A stretch of 64,000 nucleotides of DNA from Lytechinus pictus (taxonomy: Eukaryota), in contig NC_087245.1 in NCBI RefSeq assembly GCF_037042905.1, forward strand, positions 14,510,001 to 14,574,000, in the 5' to 3' direction. The translations under genes were made by a program, and so were the position numbers. The notes below the pieces were generated by a model. The model worked only from the letters and a program-made list of their open reading frames with translations. It did no database searches and was not told where the DNA came from. Shown here piece after piece: positions 48,497 to 61,466 of the stretch (position 1 is the first letter of the stretch; each line of letters begins with the position of its first letter).

Positions 48497-51400
48497 CTGT
48501 AGAGAGAATAAAATTATAAGAAATATTAGATATTGGCAATTGAATAAACGATTAAGAGATCAAGATATCGAGAGCAAAATAACGACAATAAAATTGTATC
48601 AGACAATCTTGCTGAGAATTAAGTGAGCCCGAGAGTTGGAATGGAGGTATAATCTTAAATGAGTTCATTTAAATGATTTCGTTGAGTCCTATATATTTTC
48701 TAATTGTTATAGGGCCTTATAAAAAGAAGACCACCATCTTTGAAAATAAGTAACGTTCTGCAAATAACAGAATAAAAAATAAATAATCAAGAAACAAATA
48801 ACTCTATAAATACATGAAAATAAATAAAAACAAACAAACAATGGTAGAAAGAAAGAATGAAAGGAATCTAAGAAAGGGGGAAAGGAAAGAGGGGAATAAA
48901 AAAGAGAAATAACAAAGAAATAAGTTTTTAAACTTAAAAAAAAAAATTAATGAACATTGATATACCTTGAACTAGAGTAACACAACCTATATCGCCTGAT
49001 ACGTTCATCAAGCGATAAACAGAGTTTATTCGCCAGATCCTCATCATGTATTGAGAGTTTAGGTCTTCTAGGATTGGAGGTTTCACTCATTAGCTCTGGA
49101 GAATGGTGGCTCCCGTTCAAAACTCCTATATTATTATTCTTCAGGTACATATTTCTAAGGAGTGATGAGGAACTAAATGACATCGAGAAAAGAAAGTTGG
49201 TGATTATAATTTTGTAGCATTCTAAGATTAGATTAGATAAAACAGCATTTTGTGAATATTTCTAGAGACAGATACCATGCACACTAACAACAATTTTTAT
49301 CTGAAACATTAATTTCCATATTGATCACTCAGGAGATAAATAATAAGAATTAAAAAGAGCGCTAAATCGTTTTTGTACATATGGCGAGAGAAACAGATGA
49401 TCGCAGAGTGTTCTTCATGATTTACAAGAACATTGCTTATGATGACTATAAACATTAAATCATAATTGCTATATGTCTGTCGTTAGAGCTTCATCTCTCG
49501 TTTTGTATTATAAATTGATATGACCAAATAACAACAACAAAATCTTGCAAATTTGCCAATTCCAGCTTAGTGACAATGATCATGATGAATGTCCACAATT
49601 ATTTTTTTTTTATTAAAAATGTTAAGAAACTGATTTTGTTTTCCTAATTATTTTAATTTCTTTTGATCTTTCTCTTGGTCTCTTCCTTTCGTCCATTCCT
49701 TTCTTTCATAATACTGTATAATCATGTTAACGTAAAAAAAAGAGAATCAAAGATCAAAATACATATAATCCCACCATCCATTAATTAATTTCTCTAAAAG
49801 GTCATTTGCATCTATTTACCTGCTTTTTTGGAGGGGACTTTTTCCCGTCTGTCTGTCAAGGCAACATCTACAAGCAATTTTGCGCGGGAATGTTGACGAA
49901 CTCGTCTCAGTTTGACAAGAAGTACTCGTTAATTGGACAATCGAGCTGTCAATCAAACTCGGAGTGCAGTCAGCTTGGAATACCATTGGTCGTTTAAATG
50001 GGAGAGAGGCGGAGTCAGAGCAGCTTGGGCGGAGCGCTGAGTTGTTGTTGTGATGAACAAAACTGAGAATGAAATATTGAGACATGCCCGTGATTAATTT
50101 GATGGGATTCACTTTGTCAAAAGTTTGGTTCCTGTTGACAAAAAACGGTCGCCCATGGAGATAGAATTGGACTGGAGACATTTTTCTTCTCGATAAACTG
50201 ACAAACAAGCCACAAAGGGAGTTCCTAAAGAAATATCTGAAAAGCAAAAAGGGGAAAAAAGTGTTATCACTCCCCAAACCGGTAACATTGTAATGTACCA
50301 ATCAATATAATTGTCATGTATAACATCCTTTCTATTTGGCTGACTCAATATTGTTTACTGTCAAGTCATTTATTATTTTTTATCTTTTTTATCAAAAGCA
50401 ACCTAAGGTCAAGACGGGCTTCCCCTTTTAAAGTAAAAAGATGCATGGGGTTTAATGGGGTGATCATTGATATTTTACCTAAGCTGACATGAGTTGGTAT
50501 CGGCATCGAAACCCATTTTCAAGACCCTTTCGATTCTTTTCCATAACCCGTTCATGATCATCGGCGCGCTCGACGACTCCCTTGCCTTAACTTGAACGTC
50601 CGGTCCACGACGGTGTTTCGACGGCGATCCCTGTGGTTGTGGTGGCGAGTGGTGGTCGCGTGGCAACAACGGCGATGGCGATTTTTGTGTTGCACAACGA
50701 TTGGTGTTTGTATTTTGACGGGGTCCTGAACAATATAAGCAACTTGAAAATATATTCAGAGATTTCGTTTATTCCCCCCTCTCACTTTTAATCATTTTAA
50801 GATATCGGAGATCGTATATTATGTATTACCGACTGCCTTTAATTGTGAATATATTTCACATAATGTTATACATAAATATACTCAAATGTACATTACAATT
50901 ATAGCAAATAAAATCGGGAAATACAAAGAAATAACAAGGTAATAAATAAAGTCATAATTTATGTGGTTGAATGCAAAAATTTTGACAATGTTTGATTTTT
51001 TTTTTTTTTATGGTTCTTTGTTGCTGTCTAAATTTTGCCGAACAAGGATATAAATTATGCTTTGAGTTGGGGAAAACAAGAAAGGGACGAAGATATAGAC
51101 AGAGTGACAAACTGACAGTCTGAGATAGGCATGGACAGGGAGAGAAAGAGGGCGAGCTTGCTAGGAGGTAGATTAGTCTTGTTCATCACTGTATTCATAT
51201 CTAAATAAGATTACATTTTATGAAACAGTGGTGGATTTCAAATTAACAATATGAAATCCCAAGATTTGGCTCATGCATGAAAACCTAGGAATAAAATGCA
51301 ATTTACACGAATACACCAATTCTGCACGATCTGAACGAACCTCTTCTTGGAAGTTTCCCCGTAGATGGCGGACTACTGGGATAAGAAGCTCCGTCTGGGA

Positions 51401-51822
51401 TATGCTGCTCTTTCATGTTTTCATACCTGATAGCATGATGGTTTCTCTTTGGGTCGATCTGTGGGTGATTAGGATCTATTCTCAGATATTCACTGAAATG
51501 AAACGTATTGAATAAATTAAACTTATTTTTAAATGATTTGGTGCTGATGTGACTGAAAATTTACTTGTAATGTATTTCTCAATAATTATGACATCATAAT
51601 CATCATCAGTGCTACTACCACAATCATCAATATCGTTATAATACTACCACAATCATGAATAATTTATATTGTAGTAATAGTAGTATAGTAGTAGTAGTAG
51701 TAGAAGTAGTTGCAGTAGTAGTAGTAGTAGTATTATTATTATTATTAGTAGTAGTAGTAGTAGTAATAGTAGTAGTAGTAGTAATAGTAGCATTAGTAGT
51801 AGTAGTAGTAGTAGTAGTAGTA

Positions 51823-51872
<50 letters not shown>

Positions 51873-52721
51873 ATAGTAGTAGTAGTAGTAGTATAGGAGT
51901 AGTAAAGTAGTAGTGGTAGTATAGGCACCATGGTTTTTTTTTAATGGGGTAGGCTTTTTTTTCTAAATCCAAACATTATATTATTGTATGATGTATTTGT
52001 ATTATGAGTATAGTTGCACGACTGAGCACTCTCTTTTCTTCTTTTTTTCTGCCACTTTCCTCTTTTTGCCCTTTTTCTCCACTTTTCTGTCACTATAAAT
52101 CAAAGTGGGTGGTCATCCCCCCCCGTAACCCCTGTCTCCACTTCGACGCACCCATAACTCGTAATCATTTTACATATACAAACACACTTCTGTGAGGATG
52201 ACGATGTTTTGGGTTTGTAGATTGCTTCTTCGTCATTTTCATCAAACTTCAATGTTAGATCCTTTCGCCTTTCCCTGTAAAATAATACAAAATGAAATTG
52301 AATTTGTATGATTCAACCTATTGAATTATCACAGAGGCTGTTAATATTTAAGAACACTACAAACTTTCTTGAAAACGAGAGTTACTGGAAAGGAAATTTC
52401 AGGAAGTATATGCCGAATAATCCTTAAAAGATGCCGAACGTTTTAAAATATTGGCATAAGTGTTCTTTGAGGTCGTGAGAATCATTTCCTTCATTTCACC
52501 ACCCTCTTTGTGTTACACATTCTGAAGGATAGAGTTCATTACCTTACTATTTGCACGGAGCTAACAAGAGCGATCAAGCATCCAAATATGCTTAGAGAAG
52601 TCAGCATCAGAATCGGGAGTGGGACCACTGGCATCCAAGCTTGTCCGATTGTGATCTCAAACTCGTTGTCAAAGATGATAGTCGAGGCATTCAGAGATCC
52701 GTTTGTATTCGATAGGTTCAT
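48475..52721 (-). CDS. Whole gene span: uncharacterised single-pass membrane protein, about 430 aa, 7 coding exons
   Basis: Exons 52543-52721, 52188-52274, 51341-51492, 50479-50725, 49820-50236, 48966-49154 and 48475-48496 join in phase (2,2,1,2,2,2) with GT/AG sites and end ...SDDDSDE*. Confidence 0.65.
48966..49154 (-). CDS. TM gene exon 6
   Basis: NMYLKNNN..DEDLANKLCLSLDERIRRYR; phase 2-2. Confidence 0.65.
49820..50236 (-). CDS. TM gene exon 5
   Basis: 417-nt open exon, strong polypyrimidine acceptor, AG/GTAAAT donor. Confidence 0.68.
50479..50725 (-). CDS. TM gene exon 4
   Basis: Pro/Ser-rich; only the phase-compatible frame is open; AG/GTAAA donor. Confidence 0.65.
51341..51492 (-). 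CDS. TM gene exon 3
   Basis: EYLRI..IRYENMKEQ..SYPSSPP; donor position less certain. Confidence 0.6.
51673..51920. repeat. (TAG)n microsatellite
   Basis: Direct reading. Confidence 0.95.
52188..52274 (-). CDS. TM gene exon 2
   Basis: RERRKDLTLKFDENDEEAIYKPK; positive-inside juxtamembrane. Confidence 0.65.
52543..52721 (-). CDS. TM gene coding exon 1: short ectodomain + TM helix
   Basis: ACCATG; MNLSNTNGSLNAS (3 NxS sites); VVPLPILMLTSLSIFGCLIALVSSVQIV. Confidence 0.72.
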
Positions 52722-54050
52722 GGTGTAAGAAAGCCGAAGCTCTTGCAGACAAGAGAAGAAAAGGGATTTTCAAAATGAAGGACAAGATATAAACATTTCG
52801 GGAGTGTAATATGGAGGAGGGGTCCGTTACTAATTTGCCATAGTGGTAGACCTAGATGTGTGTCCGGACAATCGATTTTAAACAGTCATTTGAAAAAGTT
52901 AACAAGCAAATTCTCATCAGTTTTTAGTAAAAAAAAATGTTAGGCAATATTATATAATACAAAATTAAAGAAGTTAAGAACTACAGAATTCATATTTTTT
53001 TGTGTAATCTACAGACACAAAAAGGCTTCAAATTTTAAAGTGTCCGGACACCCCGCCCCTCCATCCTAACTACCAAGTTAACAAGGCTAATCAGTCAATC
53101 AAAATCAAGGTAGGGACCAATTAAAAGCTGGATTGAAGTTTACAATATAATAGATTTAGAATTCAAACTTATTCGATTAAATCTTTGATCCAATTTTTGA
53201 TTGGTCCCTGACCACAATCTATAGATTGACTTTCAACTTAAGAAATTTAGAGAAAAGACATTTATTAAACGAGCCCCTGGTAATGACCCTCTTTGTTTGT
53301 TTCGAACCCAACTGTCACAGAATACGAGACCACTTTTCACTACAAATTATATGTTCAGTGCATGTTTAGTTATCATAAATTTTCCAGTCATTTTTATGTG
53401 TTTAGCTTTTAACATTGATAACTCATGTATTAATTTTCATGTACTCGATTGTCCATTATAGAAACATGAATTTACTTTGACATTTTACTTTTTCATGTTC
53501 ACATTTACTATTACCGTGTATGCACCGCTTTGTTCGAATTACCCAAGTCCAATATATATTTCATTTTGTATATTATTGATGTTTTTGAGAACGGTATATA
53601 ATTTCTTCGTCTTCTTCTTATTATCATTATTATTCTTTTTCTTCTTCTTTTCTTCGTCTGTTTTCTTCTCCGTTGTCTTTTGCTTCTTCTCCTTTTCCCC
53701 TTCTTCTTCTTCTTCCCTTTTTTCTTCTCCTCCCCTCCTCGTCACCTTTCTATGATTCCTTTGTAATATTTAATTGATGCTTCTGTTTATGTTAACATAT
53801 TTTTTGTCATATATATTGTTCGTTAAAGACTGGTTTTTAAATGTTTACTATGTCAATTGTATATTATGTTCCACAAGGCCCCAATGGAAATGAGTCTGTG
53901 AACTGTTTGTGCTTTTTAACCGTGTATAAATAAAATCAATCTTATCTTATCTAGGCCTAATACGAAACCACTTTTCACTACAAATTAAACGACGTCGTGA
54001 AAATACACAACAGAATTACTGATAGAGTAAAACGAAATGTTGAAAATGGA

Positions 54051-54340
54051 ACTTACCAAATAATAACTGAAATAGAACAGTTTCACAAATGGGCTCTGTC
54101 CTAGTGTAAATGTTACAGAAGAATTTTCACAAATTTGCTTAAGTTGTAGCAAATATGCATGCATAAAATTATGAATGCACGTGGGAAAAATAAACAAATC
54201 AACATTTTGGCGCGCAAATGAGATGCGCTGAGGAATTGCGCCTGAAAATGAAATTAGAGCGCGAGTTGGAGGGCGGGGCGGAGCAACTTGGCTTCAGTCC
54301 AGTCCTCGGTGACCACGTGTCGGCGCCGGGCGCCAGCACG
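54051..54340 (-). promoter_or_regulatory. Candidate promoter and non-coding first exon of the TM gene
   Basis: CpG-rich patch with GC box GGGCGGGG (~54271) and E-box CACGTG; consensus G/GTAAGT donor at 54057; an acceptor lies just upstream of the ATG (~52742). Confidence 0.35.
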
Positions 54341-55012
54341 ACTTTTTTTTTGGGGGGGAGGCCAGGGGTGAAAATTATATCGCATTCGAACCCGCCACCT
54401 ATGTCAAATCATAGTGTGATAATATTTTTTCCGTTTTAGATTCAATTCAGTTCCAAATTTATTGTTTAAAAGTCCTCAGATGAACTAATGTTCACAACTC
54501 ATTAAAGAAAGAGGATGCCCAATTTAGCGCCCCGAAAGTTTATAGGGATCTTTCTTTATTTCCCCCATTTTTTCTCTCTCTCTCTCTCTCTCTTAGTTTA
54601 TTGATTAATTTTTTCATCGTTATTTTAATTGTTTTTATAATTATTATTATTTTCGGAAGAAAGGGTCTTGATAATATTGCGGTTTTTTTTTGGGGGGGGG
54701 GTTGAGGGGCTTAAGCGTAGCTATATTCGGGCTTCGCGCAAGTTATTACAACTTTATTAGGCCTAGCATACTACTACATCGCAAGAATTATAAGAATAAA
54801 CGGGTGACACTGCATCTAGTACAGTTTTACTATTTCATATCATATTAAAAGTTGATGTTATATTAAAATTAATTTAAAAAAGCTAGGCGTTTATAAACTT
54901 TTATAACTTTCTTGAGACATTATCAAAATAATGATAAAAAGACAGCAAATAAATTAGCGCTAGCATGACTTATGAAATAAATTACACAATCAGGAAATAG
55001 AAGCAATAGGTG

Positions 55013-57400
55013 CAGTGGTGTAACTACGGGGGGGGGGGGCACGTTGTCCTCCCCCCAATCGGCTGGCAAAAAAAAAGAGGAAGAAAGGAAGAGAAACGTA
55101 GCGGGAAAGAAGAAATTATTGTTCATTATAATTATAATTATGTTATATTACATAATAAATTTTTTTCATAACTTTATGAAACATGATTTACTCAGGGCCT
55201 ATGTCTTCATTGTTCCTGGTGCTCGCATTGTCTGTTTAATGAGATACACAATCCTGTTGTACTAAAACCTCCCGTTTTCAAGTCAATAAACACCAAATAT
55301 ATTTCCTCGCACTTCGAGTTATCATTGTTTTATGTCTTGACTTATGCTTCTTTTTTTTATGACTACTTTAAGTGATTGCCCCATTTTAAGGTCTTAATAT
55401 AAAAAATTTCCTGTCCGTGCTTATGTTCGCATTATTGGATTGGTGATATATGTCTGCTGTTCATGAATTCCTAAAATCAGTCCTTAAAATGTTCCTTTTT
55501 CTAATCTGAATATCAAAAATTTTCAGCTCGCGCTTCGCGCTCGCATTATTCGGTTAGTAAAATACGTATAGTCTTAGTGAATATTTACAAACAAGCCTTA
55601 GAATGCCCCTCTTAAGGTCTGAATTTCCTTAATTTTCAGCTCGCGCTCGCAATATTAGTGAGATGCGTATGATAATCATGATTACACCGACTAAGGTGCT
55701 TCGTGCGTTTAGATGTAATTCTAACAAAATCAGCCAGCGCTTGGCACTCAAATTAGATGTCTGAAGTGAGATATGTGTACTCTTAATGGGTTCCTAAAAT
55801 ATAGTCCTTAAAATGTCCCTGTTTGGGGTCAATATATACGAAAATTTCAGCTCGCGCTTCGCGCTCGCATTGTTTGTTTAGCGAGACAGGTACGTATCAT
55901 GATTACAAAAAATTTGCTTATAATGTCCCCTTTTAGGTTTGAATATCACACATTTTCAGCTCGCGCTTCGCGCTCGCATTATTTGATCAGCGACATACAT
56001 ATCCATTTAATTACACTGTCCTTAAAATGCATCTATTAGGTCAGTATAGGTATTTATTTGTCTATGGTATAGGCCAGGGATTCTCAAATGGTGGCGCGCG
56101 CGCCACTTGTGGCGCACCGAGCCTTGCGGAGTTGCGCTTGGGAGCAGGTATAAAAAAAGAACGTAAAAATAAGGAAAAATTGGTGAGAAAAAATGTATCT
56201 ACCAGTAACCTGGAAATAAGGATTTGGTGACCATTTTAATACAAAGAGAAAACAAAAACTCTTTACTTGACACTTAATTGCTAATTGATTTCCTCAAATT
56301 TTGTCCAATTTAGCACTCGATAATCCTTATTATGGAGGGTCGATGGTGTTCTCCTTTTTGTTTATTCTATGCTGTACAAAGTTAATGTTCCACACAAGTG
56401 ATTTGAAAACCCCGTTTGTAGGATTTCTTTTTCAACGGCAAGAAATTTTCAATTTCCAGAGTATACGTTTTGGTTAAGAGTTAAACATCAAATAATATGA
56501 TATTTAAAGTACATCCTGATCATAAAAGATTATGAATTTGGGACATAACAAGCAGAAACTTTGTTTCCGGAGCCGATTAAAATCCGAAGTTGTAAAAGTG
56601 AAATACATGTATGGTCAGATGTATTGCCTGCCGTGATTGCCTGCATGCACTCTTGCCTAACACGAGTTGTAGAGAGAGAGATCTATCAAGAGGGGCAGTT
56701 TGGGGCGTTAGTGCAGTGCAACGCCTAATTTTCAGCCCTTGCAAAATCGGGGAACGTAACTTCAGCCACTGGCGTACAGATGGGGGTGGGGATGGGGGCC
56801 CCCAAGTGTTTCACGGCCAAGAAAAAAAAAGGAGAAAAGGAAAGGGAAAGAGTGGAACATTGTATTATTTTCTTAATATTATGTCAAAATATAGATTTTT
56901 GTATTGAAAAGTTCAATATTTTTGCTTCAGCTGCCATATCTTGCCCCCTCATTTTTTTTTACTCATTACGCCACTTTCTTCAGCCAATAGGTCTGGTGCA
57001 AAACAGTTTGAACTAGTGGTATCATTGGTATGTTGTGAACAAGTCACTGGTAATTTTTATTTTAATATTCATATTGTGTAGTTTGTTGGTATTTGTATTT
57101 CTTCTGTTGATATTAATTAGAGCCCCTCTGGGCAATTTAAAAGGCCTCATATTCCAAAACTTTTGGGGGCTCTGCCCCCTCGACCCCCTCCGCTGATACA
57201 TTGCTGGTTTGCGTAATGGATAGTGCGGGGGATAGTAGAGCATTACAGATTCTCAACAAGAAATGTGGCCCTAAAAAAAAAAGTAATTGAGAATGGCTGG
57301 TATAGGCCCTACGCCCTACCTAGCCGCGCTCGCTAAGTGACTCCAAATTTTTGCTGGTGTGCCCCCCCCCCCAAATGCTGTGAACCACGGTACGCCACTA
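55013..57400. mobile_element. 2.4-kb hAT-like non-autonomous element with internal repeats
   Basis: CAGTGGTGTA / TACGCCACTA; TSD AATAGGTG at 55005 and 57401; repeated TTTCAGCTCGCGCTTCGCGCTCGCATT units. Confidence 0.8.
56075..57299. mobile_element. Nested hAT (Charlie-like TIR) element
   Basis: CAGGGATTCTCAA / TTGAGAATGGCTG; TSD GTATAGGC. Confidence 0.8.
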
Positions 57401-57504
57401 AATAGGTGTCACATTTTTTTTATTTTTCAAAGTATTTCTAAGGTCAAACTCTGGGGAGGTGCCACGAGGGGCAAATGCCCCCTCATTTTTTCAAGTAATT
57501 GATA

Positions 57505-57821
57505 ATAATAATAATAATAATAACGGCATATTTACCCAGGGTAGCCACTTCAGTTCCGAAAACTGTTCTCCCAGCGGGCCCTGCTATTATTATTACCCAG
57601 CTAAGCTTAGGCTACCGATTCAGATGCACACAGCTTTTTGAGGAATTATTTCCTGCCGGTACCCATTTACTTCACCTGGATTGAGTGCAGCACAGTGTGG
57701 ATAAATTTCTTGCCGAAGGAAAACACGCCACGGCTAGGATTCGAACCCACGACCCTCTGTTTGAAAGGCGAGAGTCTGTTTGAAAGGCGAGAGTCAGAAC
57801 CACTAGACCACGACGCACCCA
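57505..57821 (-). mobile_element. tRNA-derived SINE
   Basis: TGGTCTAGTGG A box, GGTTCGAATCC B box, (TTA)n tail; internal ~20-bp duplication. Confidence 0.75.
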
Positions 57822-59100
57822 CACTGAGATATTGAGATATTACCCCAAAAAGCCGATAAAATGAGGAGGTAAGGAGAAATTGAAGGGCATAAACAGTAGT
57901 TGTATTTGGTCAAAATGCTACTTTCCCCGTTAGGAAAAACTCTGTAGGACACCTTGTCCCCTTATATCAAAATGCCCAGACGCCGCCACTGACATACTGC
58001 CCATTTGAAAAGTGATACTATTAGTCGATCCCGGGCTGGAATGAAGAAGGAAAATATGGCATGTCATCGTGATGGATGTGATTTAGGCATTAATGATGGT
58101 ATTAGTTCTTCTTTTTTTCAAAATCGTTTCTATTCATTCATTAAAAAATATATATTTAAGGATACAGGATCATTTACACCAGTCCTGGCTTTTTTACATC
58201 CTGGGTCCCGTAAAGCCCCTTTCACAATTGACGTACGACCTGTTTACGACCACCTGCAACAGTTTTTTCTTGTTGTTGCACGATCGATCCCTTGGTGTCT
58301 TGCGAGCACTCGCAGTCGTTGTAGGCGATCGCACAAACTCGAGGTGGTCGGAGGTGATCGTGACTGGTCGCATCTGAACTTTGAACATGTTCAAAATTCA
58401 AAAGCGATCAAATACGATTGATTCACTCGCATCAGGTCGTACCATCGGTCGGGCGATCATCGTGTGAGTGTTGTTCAACGTTGTGCGACTTGGTGCGAGA
58501 GGTTGCACAACTAAGTATAGTCGCATTTAGTCGACTGGAGGTCGTACAACACTTGCACATGTGCTGGAGACCTACAGAGACCATTGATTTTGATGACGTT
58601 TTACGTATTTTGGTTGGTTAGTTTCACTCCTTTTATTCAAATCAAATCACTTTGAGGGTGGAGTACCTAATAGAGCCGATTTTCTTGTGAGATAAAACAC
58701 TGAATGTGCCTGAACAAACGGAAATGTCAGGAAGTGGTATATTCCTTATTATGATCGATAGGAATGTAAGTTTGAAGGTAGTATCAAGTTCAAACGCAGT
58801 GGACTTGAGCGTGCTGCTAGTCGTTATTCTTTGGAAGTCTATTTCGAGCGACCCCTAAAAAATAATAAAACGATATGGATGAGAAAAATTATACATGTAT
58901 ATATTTGAAATATTTTATTCCGAAAAAATACACATATCGAGTATTAAAATGAAGGATTCCTTTTTATTCTTTCAAGTCCATATGATCTGCTGAGGTGCAA
59001 AGCCAGGATAATTTCGAATTCGGTTACTTTTTTTAAATTCTCGTCTTCAAAAGGAGGGCACAACCAGGGATACTCCTTTCCCTTAGGATACTCTTCTACG

Positions 59101-59318
59101 CACTGGCAGATCCAGTGAGGAGGGTACAGCCGGCCCAAGCCCCCCCCCCCCCCTTTGAGAAGCAAAATTTAAATTAAAAAAAAAATGCCGTTGAATTTGA
59201 AACAGAAGTGTGCCCCACCCCCCTTTAAAAGTGAAGACCTTTTTTTTTTCTTTTGGCTTGTCAAATTTTTCTGCGGGAAAATGTGCCCCCCCCCCCCCCT
59301 GGAAATGATCCGCCCCTG
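59101..59318. mobile_element. hAT-like MITE (same family)
   Basis: CACTGGCAGATC / GATCCGCCCCTG; TSD CTTCTACG; interior resembles the 30168 copy. Confidence 0.8.
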
Positions 59319-59955
59319 CTTCTACGTGTATATACATATCACTGTCGAGGGAACCATATGCCTCTTGTGCCCCCTGTTATGCGTGCCTGGTTCTGCTATA
59401 TGCCATATGTAGTTTTGTTACTTGATATAGTTGCCTTATTCATTACAGTCAACATTTCGCGAAATAGGACCGGATATAATGTGGAGAATCACGCTATGTT
59501 GTCTGAAAAGGAGAATATTACATTGGAATTACCTTGGGTGTAGCCAATCGGAGTTAACAATTTATTTGCCTCTCGTTGACTGCTCATGATGAGTTCAAAC
59601 TAGAACACGGTTTTAATGGCAGTGTACAGCATTAGAACACGGACAAGGTTTCATCTGTGTCAAACTTCTCTTTTCTTGAAGTCCGAAATTTTAACAGGTT
59701 TTGGACTTCAATTGTCAATGGTGAAAATGATTCGATATAAAAGTCATTCTTATTACAATCTTTGATAGCCTATCTTTCGTAGATACGACGAGTTTTGAAT
59801 GTGGTTTCAGTTTATGCGATTCTCTTGCAAGTTTCGGCTGGATTGACGGACATTCAAATTAAATATTTGATGAACATCATTTTGGGCATGGTGTTGGTTT
59901 CGTGACCATTTAGCATGTTCAGTGCTTGATCCGAAAGTAGAAATCAGTTCCGATT

Positions 59956-60163
59956 ATGTCTGGGTGCGACTGCAGTCGACGAGATCTTCGCCCTACTTGG
60001 GGTTGGTTGGTGGTCCTTGGCGCATTCATCGTCAACCTCGTCGCTATTGGGACCCTCAAATCATTTGGAGTTCTCTTACCATACCTGGTAACCAATCTAC
60101 ACACTGGTACTTCAGTGATTGGGCTAGCAGTCGGCCTGTCGCATGGGGTGTCTGTCGGTTTCG
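59956..60163 (+). CDS. First coding exon of an MFS transporter, SLC16/monocarboxylate transporter-like; remainder beyond window
   Basis: PTWGWLVVLGAFIVNLVAIGTLKSFGVLLPYL resembles the SLC16 TM1 motif (DGGWGWVVV..G..KSFG); G/GTAAG donor; in-frame stop upstream of the ATG. Confidence 0.85.
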
Positions 60164-60190
60164 GTAAGTGGTAAGCAATAAGAAGACCTG

Positions 60191-60434
60191 GGGAGCGTTT
60201 CATCAACATTTTCGTCCGACAAGTTGTCAGATCTGACAACGTCAGATCTGACAACTTTCCTTGATTTTGATTAGCTGAGAGGCACTGTTACCATAGTAAC
60301 TGTCAGATAAAACAGTACTTCTCGGGTGTTTTATCCGACAAAGTCCATAGTAACAATTCTTCTTAGCCGATCAAAATCAAGGAAAGTTAATAGACCCGAC
60401 AACTTCATGGACAAAATGTTGATGAAATGCTCCC
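60191..60434. mobile_element. Harbinger-like MITE; related copies at ~179-337 and ~6512-6650
   Basis: TIR GGGAGC(G/A)TTTCATCAACATTTT; CTG TSD; shared core ..GATAAAACAG(G/T)ACTT(G/C)TCGG. Confidence 0.75.
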
Positions 60435-60943
60435 CTGTACACAGAACACCTTTTGAAAATTTCAGCTTTTTATTCATTAATATTTTCCTCATTTCCCATT
60501 TTGCGTTTAAATCAATACCAGGTTCATATCGACATGAAAGTTGTTAAACGAAAATTCCAGTTTTTATTAGCGGAAAATGATTTGACCCATAAATTTTCTT
60601 GTATTTAGCTAATAAGTTACGAGGAAAAAATTTTCCCTCATAAATATGCCTGATAAACAAACAAGATATAAAAAAAAAATATATGTCGGACCTATTATAA
60701 GTTAATTTGGCTCGGTGTTTCGACTGCTCCAACTATCAGCCTTCTGTATCATCAAATTATCAAATTAAAATATTGGAATATTTCATTACGATTAATATGC
60801 GTGCATGCTCCTGAAGAAGATCAGTGCAAGAAAGCTTATCCTCTTTGGTGGATTTATAGCGGGTGGAGGATACTGCACATGCGCATTCGTTACCACTAGC
60901 GGCGAATTCATGACATGCGTGACTGTTTCGGTTTACTGACGGA

Positions 60944-61466
60944 TGGTCTATTATCACTTGGTCTAATCATCAGATGGGCTAACAACATTCGGGCTAAACC
61001 CACTTAGTCCAATTCTCTTTTGGTCTAATGACCACTTGGTCTAATAGCCAATTAGTCTAATGACCACTTGGTCTAATATCCACTTGGTCTAATGGCCACT
61101 TGGTCTAATAGCCACTTGGTCTAATGCCCAGTTGGGCTAATCGTCACTTGGTCTAATTTTCATTTTGTCTAATTGCCATTTCGTCTAATGTATTTTATTG
61201 TCACTTAGTCTAATTGCATTTGGTCTAATACCAGTTCGTCTAATAGTCGATTGATCTAATACTAGTTGGTCTAATACCAGTTGGTCTAATCCTCACTTGG
61301 TCTATTATTCATTTGGTCTAATGTGCAGTTGGTCTAATGTGCAGTTGGTCTAATTTCCATTTCGGCTAATTTCCACTTGGTCTAATTTCCACTTTGGCTA
61401 ATTTCCACTTGGTCTAATTTCCAGATAGTCTAACATTCATTTCGTCTACATGCCTTTGGTCTAATT
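60944..61466 (+). repeat. Array of ~16-20 bp units (CCACTTGGTCTAAT), left arm of a foldback-like element
   Basis: More than 20 degenerate units. Confidence 0.9.

Noticed and set aside
51653..51931. Poly-T/poly-L ORF
   Set aside because: Translation of the (TAG)n microsatellite
58005..58621. ORF cluster as coding exons
   Set aside because: CpG-rich repeat-like sequence (probable DNA transposon fragment) with no recognisable protein motif
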